A stretch of DNA of 64,000 nt from an uncultured virus (IMG/VR IMGVR_UViG_3300042867_001762) (IMGVR_UViG_3300042867_001762); one strand, 5' to 3'. Positions 37,166 to 46,398 are shown, numbered from the stretch's first letter. Numbers and translations: made by a program. Notes: generated by a model from the letters alone, not told the origin.

Positions 37166-38161
37166 ATGAGCAAAAAGATCAAAAACATACAGAAGGCCGG
37201 CAGGAGCATAGGGCGCTCCCTCCGAGATCAGATTAGGCAGTCAATCAAGGATCACGAGATAGGTCGACTTATGCGCGAGTATCCGGAGTGGGTAGAGGTG
37301 GGAGTAGCTTCTGCTACGCGGGCAGCTCCCCGTGCCTGCGCTCTGTTACTAGGCATAGCAGAGGGTGCTGGTATAAGTTTTCAAGAAGCGTTTTGCATGT
37401 GGTATGAGGAGTTGACGTTTGCAGACACAGTAGATGCCCGCCTCCTTAAAGATACTGGCTGTACAGATATAGTTATTCGCACTGCCGCAGGAACTATAAT
37501 AGGGCATACAAACGACGAAGGCGAGGGAGCAGGTTCGCGCCTATTTAAGATTGGCATCAAGGGATTGCCAAGTCTTTTCATGGTATTTACCCGAGGCGGA
37601 CCCTCTATTGGTTTAAATAGCGCGGGGATTGTTATATCGGGCAATCAAATTGATGCAGCTGATACTCGCCCCGGCGTTCCGCGTATGGTTCTTTACGTAG
37701 AGGCATGCTGGTCGCAGACTATAGAAGAAGCAGAAAAAATACTGCTACACGAAGATCGTGCCAGCTCATTCAATAATATAATTGCTGACGCATCCGGTGA
37801 AGTAGTGAGCTTGGAGGCCAGCGCTAGGAAGTCTGTTAAGCTTACGCATCCCATGGGCGCAGCTGCTCATTCAAATCACTTTATATTCTTACCGGGAGTA
37901 GAGGCGCGAGAAGGCAGCTCCCTTGCCGGTTCAAGAGCCAGACTGGAGCGAGCTATAGAAGAAATAAAGACTGCTGGCGGGCAAATAGGCGTTACCCAGA
38001 TACTGCAAATGATGCGTACGCATGGCCTAGGCGGACTTTGTCGGCACGGAGATAACGAATCTCATACGGTATTTTCTACTGTGTTTTTGCCGACAGAGCG
38101 CGCTTTTATATATGCTGCTGGCAATCCATGCCGAGCGCAATTTAAGCTATACAGGTACTAA
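37166..38161 (+). CDS. C45-family (AAT) N-terminal-nucleophile cysteine hydrolase
   Basis: DTG/CTD autoprocessing site, GHTND, GLNSAG, AHSNHF, S..RL.R, GNPC; start moved to ATG 37166. Confidence 0.8.
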   Translation: MSKKIKNIQKAGRSIGRSLRDQIRQSIKDHEIGRLMREYPEWVEVGVASATRAAPRACALLLGIAEGAGISFQEAFCMWYEELTFADTVDARLLKDTGCTDIVIRTAAGTIIGHTNDEGEGAGSRLFKIGIKGLPSLFMVFTRGGPSIGLNSAGIVISGNQIDAADTRPGVPRMVLYVEACWSQTIEEAEKILLHEDRASSFNNIIADASGEVVSLEASARKSVKLTHPMGAAAHSNHFIFLPGVEAREGSSLAGSRARLERAIEEIKTAGGQIGVTQILQMMRTHGLGGLCRHGDNESHTVFSTVFLPTERAFIYAAGNPCRAQFKLYRY

Positions 38162-38730
38162 ACACTTGGTTGGCGTTTGCAGTTGTCGCAAAGCACTCTA
38201 ATCCAGCCGCTACGGGTCTTGCTGCCTGGTGCCCCACAGCCTTCGCAAATGACGCCGCTCATTGCTTCTGCAAGAGCCACCATGCCGGCTACCTGTTCGT
38301 CTCCGCCGTTATAGTAAAAGCGCAGGGTACCAAACTTCTCTTTTATCTGCATGACATAGACTTGCTTAACCAGTTGAGCCGGTTCGCGTATCTTGCCAGC
38401 CTGTAGCTCCATGTGTGCTCTATCGACAACCCATGGCTCTACTTTGTAGCTTTTTACTCCAAACTGAAAGTAGTTATAGAGGTATCGAAAGTTACCGGCC
38501 TGTGCGGCCTTGAGCGCGCGATTATATCGCATGTCACGTGCTCGCTGATTGCGGCCAGACTTGACGTGCTCATTTATTGAAAAAAGTAGCCGATCAATAA
38601 GGTTATACCAGCCATCTCTGCACTCTATTGCGTAGACTGACGGGGCAACAGGTGTGCCAGAGTAATCGCACCGAGTCTGGAATATGCGTTTGTACTTTAG
38701 GAATAGTTGTTGCTCAAGCTCAGGACTCAT
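38158..38730 (-). CDS. phage protein with QIKEKFG motif and Zn ribbon
   Basis: ECRDGWY, QIKEKFGTLRFY, CEGCGAPG...LCDNC. Confidence 0.7.
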   Translation of the reverse strand: MSPELEQQLFLKYKRIFQTRCDYSGTPVAPSVYAIECRDGWYNLIDRLLFSINEHVKSGRNQRARDMRYNRALKAAQAGNFRYLYNYFQFGVKSYKVEPWVVDRAHMELQAGKIREPAQLVKQVYVMQIKEKFGTLRFYYNGGDEQVAGMVALAEAMSGVICEGCGAPGSKTRSGWIRVLCDNCKRQPSV

Positions 38731-38957
38731 GGCTTTATTACCTCTCGTCGTAGATTGATTTCTTCAGAAATGCGATCCGCGTCCCAGTGTACTCGTTCCC
38801 ATTCACCGCTGGGCAGACGGATAAAAACAAGCAACTCGCCAGTGATCAGCAGCTTTGTTATCTTCCAGATAGTGAGGTCGCAGTCAGCAGCTACGTGTGC
38901 GTCACGCAGGGTATAGAATTCATCTGTACCGTTCTGCTCACTGCGGGTTATGTACAT
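38727..38957 (-). CDS. hypothetical protein
   Basis: Coupled ORF. Confidence 0.55.
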   Translation of the reverse strand: MYITRSEQNGTDEFYTLRDAHVAADCDLTIWKITKLLITGELLVFIRLPSGEWERVHWDADRISEEINLRREVIKP

Positions 38958-39178
38958 CAGCCCCCTGAGCGAGCCTTTGTATAATTAAGAGCGAAGTCCA
39001 TGGCAGCCTGGCTGCCTATATATACCATGCTAAGCTGCATCCACTCTGCTCCGCTAAGAAAGCCTAGTGGAACGCCTACCGTGGCAACTGCCCATACCAG
39101 TAGCTTGCGACTAACTACTTTTTCAAGGCCTTTGTCAATTATGGATGCTTTTATGCGCGCGCGTGTTTCTTCAGTCAT
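38957..39178 (-). CDS. small two-TM membrane protein, holin-like
   Basis: SRKLLVWAVAT...LSGAEW...YIGSQA. Confidence 0.5.
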   Translation of the reverse strand: MTEETRARIKASIIDKGLEKVVSRKLLVWAVATVGVPLGFLSGAEWMQLSMVYIGSQAAMDFALNYTKARSGG

Positions 39179-39181
39179 AAG

Positions 39182-40219
39182 TCATTCGCCTATTTTTAGT
39201 AGATAGGCGTTGCTGATTACCTTGAATGATGCACGGGCGGGCGAGCCGCAATAAGCAGATAGCGCTGGGCTGATCCTCTCAGCAACAGGCCTAATAACAA
39301 GACCCTCTCTTGGATGGCCGCCTTGATAAGTGCCGTCAGCCATAGCTAGCACTCCTGCTAGGTCTATGTCAAGTGCCCCTCTCCATTCTACGGGCACAGT
39401 AGGGATACTACGGGCAGAGCAAAACTGTACAAATTCATCGTAACCTAAATAGCGCTGCTTGCTGATGTCGAATACCTGGAAAGCATAAAAAGCCTTGTCT
39501 CGAAGAGCTAGTCGATTGCTCTGAATAGAAGGACCGCAAAACTCACCTTGTATCGCAAAGCCGGCTGGTAGCAATTCAATCAAATTAAGCCGACGAGCGA
39601 CCTCCCAATGAGGTGAGTCAGGCAAATCTTTCAGAGAATAATTGCGGGTGCATACAAGCAGCCGCGAGCCAGACTCATCAGCAATCTTTGCAATACTTAG
39701 GCTTTGTCCGTCTAGTTTAACTGCGGCATAGCAGTCTACTCCGCGCAGCTCTTCTAGGATCTCCGGCGCGCTTTGTACTCGTAGCTCGTCTGTCTTTGGA
39801 AATAGATGCTTCGGAAAGGCGCCCGCGATCTCTCTAGCAGAAGAAGAGACAACCGGCTCCCACTTGCTTACACCTAGCGCAGCAGTTACGTCCTGACCTT
39901 CGACCGCTTCGCAGCCGGCAGGCAGAACGGAGATAGGCAGGGCAAGACCCTGGCTAAGCACGCCACGCATGCGTTTAGAGCGCAGCCTCCAACCAGACGG
40001 TCGCGGTATAACCTCTCCCGGCTTAGACCAGAGAAAAGCATATTGCTCTGTATCTGGCGGCACTGAGTCGAGCTCAAAATAAGTGCAAAGATTGCCCGCA
40101 GAGAACTCGCCACGCTTTGCAACTAGCTGCCAGCCTAGCACGCTGATCTTTTCGATTTTATCTGCGCCTTCAATTGGCTCAACCGCAAGTACCCGCTGAA
40201 TGCTTGCAAGCTTTCTCAT
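39182..40219 (-). CDS. RNA ligase, DRB0094 (Rnl5) family
   Basis: MRKLASIQ OB-like N-terminus, RGVLSQGL, PKTDE.RVQ, KLDG, QGE, EGLV, SFKVIS..YL. Confidence 0.92.
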   Translation of the reverse strand: MRKLASIQRVLAVEPIEGADKIEKISVLGWQLVAKRGEFSAGNLCTYFELDSVPPDTEQYAFLWSKPGEVIPRPSGWRLRSKRMRGVLSQGLALPISVLPAGCEAVEGQDVTAALGVSKWEPVVSSSAREIAGAFPKHLFPKTDELRVQSAPEILEELRGVDCYAAVKLDGQSLSIAKIADESGSRLLVCTRNYSLKDLPDSPHWEVARRLNLIELLPAGFAIQGEFCGPSIQSNRLALRDKAFYAFQVFDISKQRYLGYDEFVQFCSARSIPTVPVEWRGALDIDLAGVLAMADGTYQGGHPREGLVIRPVAERISPALSAYCGSPARASFKVISNAYLLKIGE

Positions 40220-40220
40220 G

Positions 40221-40406
40221 CTACTTGCCTTTCTTTTCTACATGGTTCTCGATAGCTTCTATTACAAATCGGGACACAAGTTCTTCGGTCAGTACTTGCT
40301 CATTGTACAGCCCAAGTATAGTTGCCTCGGCTTCATCATCCATCTCGACAGAGAGCTGCATGGAGCCATCAGGCAACTCTTTCTCTGCAATAACGCGGAT
40401 ATTCAT
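40221..40406 (-). CDS. small acidic protein
   Basis: ATG 40406 with AGGA RBS. Confidence 0.5.
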   Translation of the reverse strand: MNIRVIAEKELPDGSMQLSVEMDDEAEATILGLYNEQVLTEELVSRFVIEAIENHVEKKGK

Positions 40407-40407
40407 G

Positions 40408-40785
40408 TTACTTCCTAGGTGCTGAATAGGGCCTGACAACTACGCGCTTGCCGGGCACCGCTCGCAGAATATCTGCAATGGCGGCAGCACCGACAGGATT
40501 GTGTGAATGCACAAGAATGCTATCTGGAAAATGCTGAGGATTGTCTACAAGCCAGCGGGCTGCATCTTGTCCAGTTAGTTCTCTAGCTTGGCCATTGTCA
40601 ATCATTTGCTCGCCATCTACTTCTATTCCAAGATCATGATCAAGGCAAATAATATCAAATGTTTGTGATTTAGCAGCCGCAACGAAATCGGTATAGCTAT
40701 AAGCATGAACTACTTTGTGGCCGGGCAGTAGGAAGTCAAAGCCCTCGTGTCGAGAGGCATCGTCATCCAGTATAAGAAATCTCAT
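40408..40785 (-). CDS. cyclic-phosphate-processing receiver-domain protein
   Basis: ILDDD..R, CLDHDLG, TG.D, VHSHNPVGA. Confidence 0.8.
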   Translation of the reverse strand: MRFLILDDDASRHEGFDFLLPGHKVVHAYSYTDFVAAAKSQTFDIICLDHDLGIEVDGEQMIDNGQARELTGQDAARWLVDNPQHFPDSILVHSHNPVGAAAIADILRAVPGKRVVVRPYSAPRK

Positions 40786-41616
40786 TTATTCTTCCGCCGT
40801 TTTCCAAAGAAACCAGGTAATTGCTTGAACTTCCTGTACGCTTAGGCCAGTATCTGCGGCAGCGCGCTTATAGTCTGATATCATTGCCGCTCGTTCTGCA
40901 TCAGTAGGACTCTTTAGTCCTTTTAGTGGAACACGAACGCCGCGCCAAATGTTTATGGCATGGCCATCAAGCACCATATGATCGCGAGCGTGCTCGGGAT
41001 GTACCAAGCTGTCGTAGAATATAGTTACTTTTGGCCCAGTCAAATGATCAGCTACGTTTCCGGTGATCAATATGTTACGAGCCTTCTCTGCATTGGCAGG
41101 ATAAGCGGCAATATTGCGGTATCTGACATTAACAGGCGCTTCTTCTTCAGCTATTTGCCTGTGTATGTCAGAAGTATCGTATGATTTATCTTTCTTAGGG
41201 CCGGAGCCGACCGCGCCCTTTCCGCCGTCATGAACCTCTAGCAATAGGTTTTCTGCCGCCCGCAAATTAGATTTCCAATTGTTTCCAGGGCTTAGTACCG
41301 CTACTGTTGCTGCTACTAGGTCAAAAGGCTCGTTATATTTAACCGCCAATGCCTGCACATCTTGTCTAGCATTAGCATACCAATTGCGCCAGTAATCTAT
41401 TTCTTCTGGGCTGGCTGTTTTCAGTAGGGCCATAATATTATTATAGCCTCCGCCCATTTCCCAGTTAGGGATTTCGCTTAACTTGGCAGCGGGAGATTTT
41501 TTAGTTTCATCTATAACGGAAAGCGTTAGGTCATCAATATCATTTGCTAGCTTTTCCAAGCCAGCAGTATCAGCGGCATTAGCTGCCGCGACAAGGCTAT
41601 CTAATATCTTTTTCAT
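40786..41616 (-). CDS. shared N-terminal leader fused to HhH-like phage domain
   Basis: Leader MKKILDSLVAAANAADTAGLEKLANDID, then WY..A, AVLSP..W..N, GPKV, LDGHA, QAITW. Confidence 0.7.
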   Translation of the reverse strand: MKKILDSLVAAANAADTAGLEKLANDIDDLTLSVIDETKKSPAAKLSEIPNWEMGGGYNNIMALLKTASPEEIDYWRNWYANARQDVQALAVKYNEPFDLVAATVAVLSPGNNWKSNLRAAENLLLEVHDGGKGAVGSGPKKDKSYDTSDIHRQIAEEEAPVNVRYRNIAAYPANAEKARNILITGNVADHLTGPKVTIFYDSLVHPEHARDHMVLDGHAINIWRGVRVPLKGLKSPTDAERAAMISDYKRAAADTGLSVQEVQAITWFLWKTAEE

Positions 41617-41634
41617 AGAGCTATCCTAGAGCAT

Positions 41635-41835
41635 TCATAGTCGGTATTTGCGATGCAGCTCTGCTATCTGATCTTCTGTAAGAGGAATTGCTTTATCATG
41701 CCCCCGCTCTACTATTTGCAGAGCTGGAAGCGCCCTATCATCGGGAGACAGCGGCTTTGCTGATTCCTCAGCAATATAACCGTCTCGAATTACCTGAACG
41801 CTAGCAGGGGAGATATCAAGTATTATTACGGCCAT
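41635..41835 (-). CDS. small hypothetical protein
   Basis: AGGAGG RBS. Confidence 0.55.
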   Translation of the reverse strand: MAVIILDISPASVQVIRDGYIAEESAKPLSPDDRALPALQIVERGHDKAIPLTEDQIAELHRKYRL

Positions 41836-41894
41836 AGTCCCTCCTGTCTTACTTCAGAATTAAGCCCATATGAATATGGGGCGCCCGGAAGCGC

Positions 41895-43025
41895 TTATTC
41901 AGCGTACTTGGCGCCGATCTTTTCTAGAAGCCTTGGTTTAAGCAACTTGCAGAAAGCCGTTTCATTCATCGCGGCAATAGCTGCCCCTATGCTGGTAACC
42001 TTGCCTGCTCGCAGAGAAAACAGCGCCGCTGTACACTCTAGTCCCTCAGCGGCAATAGCAATTGCGAAATCTTTTTGAGAAGACACATCTCTGTGCCTTT
42101 GGAAGGCTGCCTCGTGCCTGGAAACTAGCTCTTCGATAATGGCGGTAGCTGCGTCTAAGTCTTCCTTGTATTCAGGAAAATGTACTACGATTTCTTCGTA
42201 GTCATTTGAGCGAGCCAGCAGCAGAATATTATTGGCGCTACGCAAGCCGTCTTTGGCCCGGTGGAGGGCAACGTACTGATCGCTCTTAATCTTTATGCGA
42301 TTAAAAGCAGCGTCCACTACTACAAAGCCCTCTAGCTCTGTAGCAGGATGTGCATTTGCAAATGCAGCCACTTCATCGGCATTAGCAAAGGCATAGTTCT
42401 TAGGACCATAATGGTTGGTGGCAACGGACCTCTCTTCTAGAGATCGGATGTTTTTGATTGCCAGTAGTCGTGCAAAGAAAGCAGCATGTCGCACAACAAC
42501 CATATTATGCGGCGAGCATACCTCGAAAGTCCAAGTCTCGTCCTTTGGCTGAGACTCTAAAAACGCCGTGTCAAGCGATGCCATGCATCGGCGAATCATA
42601 TCGCCCCACTTCATCATGCCGGAATTAACGGCAGAGCTTTCTAGGCCAGCCGGCAACTGAAACCGGGTACTATATTCAAAACGTTCGGTATGCGGACTCC
42701 ACCAACGGTTGACCATTGTGCCATCAATCTTTTCAAAGACCGTGGCAGAACTCCAGTCGATAGTATCTGCATAGTGCTCGCCCGCGTTGAAAAACTTTTT
42801 GATTGGCGCAGCAATCACGTCAAACGTAACCGCATCGAGCACAAGGCCACGACAGGCATAGGCATAAGGCTCGGTCCACTTGACAGTGATCTGGTCATAA
42901 TCCAGAATGAGGTGCTGTCCGTCGCTCTTGCCGGCAATACCATGCTCGCTCTCAAACCTTTCTAGCGAACCTCCTTCGCGGAGATATGCTTGTGTTGCAG
43001 CGAGAGATTCATGAAAGCCAACCAT
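41895..43025 (-). CDS. RNA ligase, T4 Rnl1-like
   Basis: CRGLV, KFFN.GE, EKIDG, TFE..SP.N..VV, EGFVV, RIKIK...Y. Confidence 0.88.
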   Translation of the reverse strand: MVGFHESLAATQAYLREGGSLERFESEHGIAGKSDGQHLILDYDQITVKWTEPYAYACRGLVLDAVTFDVIAAPIKKFFNAGEHYADTIDWSSATVFEKIDGTMVNRWWSPHTERFEYSTRFQLPAGLESSAVNSGMMKWGDMIRRCMASLDTAFLESQPKDETWTFEVCSPHNMVVVRHAAFFARLLAIKNIRSLEERSVATNHYGPKNYAFANADEVAAFANAHPATELEGFVVVDAAFNRIKIKSDQYVALHRAKDGLRSANNILLLARSNDYEEIVVHFPEYKEDLDAATAIIEELVSRHEAAFQRHRDVSSQKDFAIAIAAEGLECTAALFSLRAGKVTSIGAAIAAMNETAFCKLLKPRLLEKIGAKYAE

Positions 43026-43543
43026 TAGCAACTCCGCGCGAACTGTTTCGCATATTCGTAAAGCATGATATTACCGGACTGAGCAGCATTAAGCGAGTAG
43101 CCAAAGCCTGGCATTGGGATCTGCACTACGTCGCCGTGATGCAGGATGTCAACTGGAACGCCCAGCTGCTCGTGACCAATAACAATACAGGTGATTGCGC
43201 TATGGTCAAAGGCATAGTCATGCAAGCTTGTGGCATCATTTGCCAGCTCCGCGCAGACAATTCTCCTATTGTTGTCGCGGCAGAATTGCAGGAAGTCTCC
43301 AGGCGAGGAAAAATTACGAATCGTAACTAAGTCCGAAGTAGTGCCCGAAAGTTCACGCAGTAATCCGGGAGGAGGACAGGAGCCGATTACATTTACGGCT
43401 GATGCGCCAAAGCAAGCTGCTGCACGGATGAGGTAAGCGATATTCTCTTCGCAGCGGAAGTTGACGCTAGTTACCTCCACGGGCAATAGGTCTGCCGTAG
43501 GCAGCTTGCGTCGATAGCGCTCAGTCCTTGATTCTGCTCGCAT
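43025..43543 (-). CDS. SpoU/TrmH-family RNA 2'-O-methyltransferase
   Basis: ENIAYLIRAAACFG, IGHEQLGV, IPMPG..SLNAA. Confidence 0.9.
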   Translation of the reverse strand: MRAESRTERYRRKLPTADLLPVEVTSVNFRCEENIAYLIRAAACFGASAVNVIGSCPPPGLLRELSGTTSDLVTIRNFSSPGDFLQFCRDNNRRIVCAELANDATSLHDYAFDHSAITCIVIGHEQLGVPVDILHHGDVVQIPMPGFGYSLNAAQSGNIMLYEYAKQFARSC

Positions 43544-43904
43544 CTAGTTCTCCGAGAAAGCAATGTATACGGGCGGCCAGCTTTTCTCCGGCCATAGAAT
43601 GAATTCTGCTATAAGCACTAAAGCCGGAGTGAGTCTCTAGTTGACCTAGCGCCTCTGCGAGTAGGGCGGTAGCGTTACGCAGTTGTGTCACAGTAGTGGT
43701 TGCCCGCTCAATTATACGGACATCATCTGGCACAACAAGGACATAGCCCATACCTAGTGCCTTCGCTACGCCTTCTGCCAGGTCTCCACACTGCTGTGCA
43801 CAGTCGGCAGCATATGCCTCTGACTTGTCTAGCGCCCGGATAAGCCGGTCGTTATCGGCACGTTCTGCCCGCAAGGCGTCTAGTACCTCGTCTAGTTTTT
43901 GCAT
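43521..43904 (-). CDS. coiled-coil hypothetical protein
   Basis: First gene after element copy 11. Confidence 0.6.
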   Translation of the reverse strand: MQKLDEVLDALRAERADNDRLIRALDKSEAYAADCAQQCGDLAEGVAKALGMGYVLVVPDDVRIIERATTTVTQLRNATALLAEALGQLETHSGFSAYSRIHSMAGEKLAARIHCFLGELDASRIKD

Positions 43905-43915
43905 CTTCGCTCCGT

Positions 43916-43952
43916 CAGGATCGGCCCGACCGGTCTTTAGGTCCGGCCAGCT
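43916..43952 (-). promoter_or_regulatory. CCTAAA-N13-GATCC element, copy 11
   Basis: CAGGATC-ggcccgaccggtc-TTTAGG. Confidence 0.7.
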
Positions 43953-44267
43953 CTAGTAAGTAAGTAGCACGCTGCCGTCATCTTTTTTTACCACGCCGTA
44001 GTGGCCAGCGGGACTGGCAGCAGGCAGTCCAGCAAAAAAGTATTTCTCATAAACCTGATCGCCGACCCACCAAATATAAGCTGGCCCGTTGACAGGGTCG
44101 CGGTGCAGCTCTCCTTCTAGGAAATGTGAAATACTGATTAAGTTGTTGCCGCTGAATTCATGCTGTACTGCTGCGTCTCCCATCTGATACAAAATGATAT
44201 CGCCATCGTATTGCAGCTCCCAGCCGTCAGGTAGTCCGGCAATCACCGCCGCTTTATTCAGCTTCAT
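43953..44267 (-). CDS. LHRxxGPA repeat protein (MKL N-terminus)
   Basis: MKLNKAAVIAGLPDGW; LHRDPVNGPAYI. Confidence 0.65.
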   Translation of the reverse strand: MKLNKAAVIAGLPDGWELQYDGDIILYQMGDAAVQHEFSGNNLISISHFLEGELHRDPVNGPAYIWWVGDQVYEKYFFAGLPAASPAGHYGVVKKDDGSVLLTY

Positions 44268-44553
44268 CCTTGTAGCACTTTCTGTTTAACAGCTTTCCCT
44301 GACAGTAGAAAAGCTCTTCTGCAGTATTACCGCACTCGCTATATACAGTTACTGCTGGGCCGTCTTCGCGGTGGAAGATGCCGTTTTCGTAGTAGTCTTT
44401 ATAGATTAAAGATCCATCTTTTCGCAGTGTAAAAACTATTTCGCAGTTCGGATGTTTACCATGAGGACTTAGTAGGATTAGCTGCCTGCCGATGTTACGC
44501 ACCGCCCAGCCTTCGGGCGCATCAAGTATGATTCTGGCCAGGTTCAGCTTCAT
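44254..44553 (-). CDS. LHRxxGPA repeat protein (MKL N-terminus)
   Basis: MKLNLARIILDAPEGW; FHREDGPAV. Confidence 0.65.
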   Translation of the reverse strand: MKLNLARIILDAPEGWAVRNIGRQLILLSPHGKHPNCEIVFTLRKDGSLIYKDYYENGIFHREDGPAVTVYSECGNTAEELFYCQGKLLNRKCYKDEAE

Positions 44554-44592
44554 GTCTTACTATGAATTTATTGGATATGGAGCGAGGATGCT

Positions 44593-44973
44593 ATGCTAAA
44601 AGACCTGATAAAAATCGCAAACTTTCTGGACGAGCGCGGCCATACTGAAGCCGCCAGTGCCTTGGATGGCGTTATTATGCGCCTGGCTCAGGACAAGCCA
44701 GACTGGATTGCCAGCCCAAACGCAGGATTAAAAGCGGGCGAGGTGGCAGCAGTAGGCTATGCAGATATCCAAGGCAGCGATGTAGATCGCGGAGTTACGG
44801 TTGCCAAAGAGCAGGCCAAGGCCAAGCTACGCGCAGAAATGGGTACTGCAACCGGATATGAGATCCGGTTTGATCAGGAAGAAGAATACTACGAGCCTAA
44901 CATCGCAGAGATGCCGGAAAAGGTCTGGGTGCGCGCAGTTGCGGAAAAACCCGATCAAGGTTCACAGGCATAA
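44593..44973 (+). CDS. hypothetical protein with shared N-terminal leader
   Basis: MLKDLIKIANFLDERGHTEAASALDGVIMRLAQ; GAGGA RBS. Confidence 0.72.
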   Translation: MLKDLIKIANFLDERGHTEAASALDGVIMRLAQDKPDWIASPNAGLKAGEVAAVGYADIQGSDVDRGVTVAKEQAKAKLRAEMGTATGYEIRFDQEEEYYEPNIAEMPEKVWVRAVAEKPDQGSQA

Positions 44974-45188
44974 GAACGGGAGCATTGCAAACCGCCGGTC
45001 TCTACCGGATCTGTCACACGCCGCAGAAAATGGACCTGGGACTCAGTGTAATTGAACTCTGGCACAGGCGGATCAGGCTTCTCTTCGTCATCGTCTAGAC
45101 CGAGCGCTGGAACAGCGATGGCAAAAAACATAGCAATGTTAACTGCCGTAGCAGCAAGTAGTGCAATTCCAAGGATATCGTTCTTCAT
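44955..45188 (-). CDS. small membrane-anchored protein
   Basis: N-terminal hydrophobic helix. Confidence 0.5.
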   Translation of the reverse strand: MKNDILGIALLAATAVNIAMFFAIAVPALGLDDDEEKPDPPVPEFNYTESQVHFLRRVTDPVETGGLQCSRSYACEP

Positions 45189-45745
45189 TAACTTCTCCGC
45201 ACTTTCTTATAACTAGATTCAAAAAACTCTAATGGCTGATCATAATCTTTTAGGATTGGCCCTTCGAACTCTGCAATGCAGATGCCATCCTCCCAAAAGC
45301 CAAAGTAAATATCACCGCTGCCGCGCTCATAATAAAGAGCCGGTCCTCGCTTCCTTGGACGATGCAGTCGCCCGCCATTCCGATACTCAGCAGAATACAT
45401 ATCTCCATCTTTGTGATACTTTACCAGTGCTGGACCATTGCTGCTGTCACGATGAATCTCGCCCTCGCGTGCCCACGCCTGCGAAGAAGGGGAGCCATCC
45501 TGATAGTACACTAGGATAGCCGGCCCTCTGGATACAGAGCTGTCTGGGGTCAGTCGCCCGCCATCAGTCTTGGCCATGTAGCCATATTCTTTTGAATAAA
45601 GTGAGCCGTCTTGCAGTAAGAAGATTCTTATGTATTCTCGATTGCGTACAAATATCTTGGTACGATAATTATATGGATCTCCTATCTTAGCTGGCCTGAA
45701 GTCATCAGGAATTCCAACTAGGGCAGCGGCAGCAGAAAGCTTCAA
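45188..45745 (-). CDS. LHRxxGPA repeat protein (three repeats)
   Basis: RGPAILVYY, IHRDSSNGPALVKY, LHRPRKRGPALYY. Confidence 0.7.
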   Translation of the reverse strand: MKLSAAAALVGIPDDFRPAKIGDPYNYRTKIFVRNREYIRIFLLQDGSLYSKEYGYMAKTDGGRLTPDSSVSRGPAILVYYQDGSPSSQAWAREGEIHRDSSNGPALVKYHKDGDMYSAEYRNGGRLHRPRKRGPALYYERGSGDIYFGFWEDGICIAEFEGPILKDYDQPLEFFESSYKKVRRS

Positions 45746-46398
45746 GGCAGCTCCACGGTGCCGCCAGGATTGTCTGCGGCATTGCTAAATATAATACCCA
45801 TCCTTCGCATCTGGCAGTACTTTTCCTGGTGTACGTGACCGAAAAGCACAGCCTTGAAAGCGTGGTTCCTATATTGAAGGGCATTGCTCAGTGCGCTGAT
45901 ACCGTAATGGAAAAGGCCATTAGGGCTGGCATCAAATACACCGGCGGGTGGAGAGTGACACACCAGTACGTCGCCCTCTGGGGCAGAGAGTGAACTATCG
46001 CAGTCGAAGATGCTTTCGATTATATCCTGCATGTCTGGCGCATGTATTTCACCCGCCCACTCCCCGCGAATCCATGGTATCTGGCGAAATCCTCGCCAGG
46101 ACTTGCCTGCCACATGAATAGGGTCTGTATCAATTCGGTGCGCAGGTAGGAAGTCTGCAAACTCGATATAGTCATGATTACCCGGTACATAAATGAATGG
46201 GCGACCATTCAACCATGTCCGTATTGGTTCTACAAACTGTTTAAGCCAGCCGGACTGATATACCTGCTCGGTTGCAACATGACCACGAGTAGAGTTAGGA
46301 AAGGCATCGCCGCTATGAACAACAACATCGATGTCTGCTCCTAGCGGCGTATCCCAGAAGCCTGAGCCGTGCGTATCAGAAATATGAAATATCTTCAC
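45742..46398 (-). CDS. metallophosphoesterase
   Basis: HISDTH, HSGD, PGNHD, CHSPP, FGHVH. Confidence 0.88.
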   Translation of the reverse strand: MKIFHISDTHGSGFWDTPLGADIDVVVHSGDAFPNSTRGHVATEQVYQSGWLKQFVEPIRTWLNGRPFIYVPGNHDYIEFADFLPAHRIDTDPIHVAGKSWRGFRQIPWIRGEWAGEIHAPDMQDIIESIFDCDSSLSAPEGDVLVCHSPPAGVFDASPNGLFHYGISALSNALQYRNHAFKAVLFGHVHQEKYCQMRRMGIIFSNAADNPGGTVELP

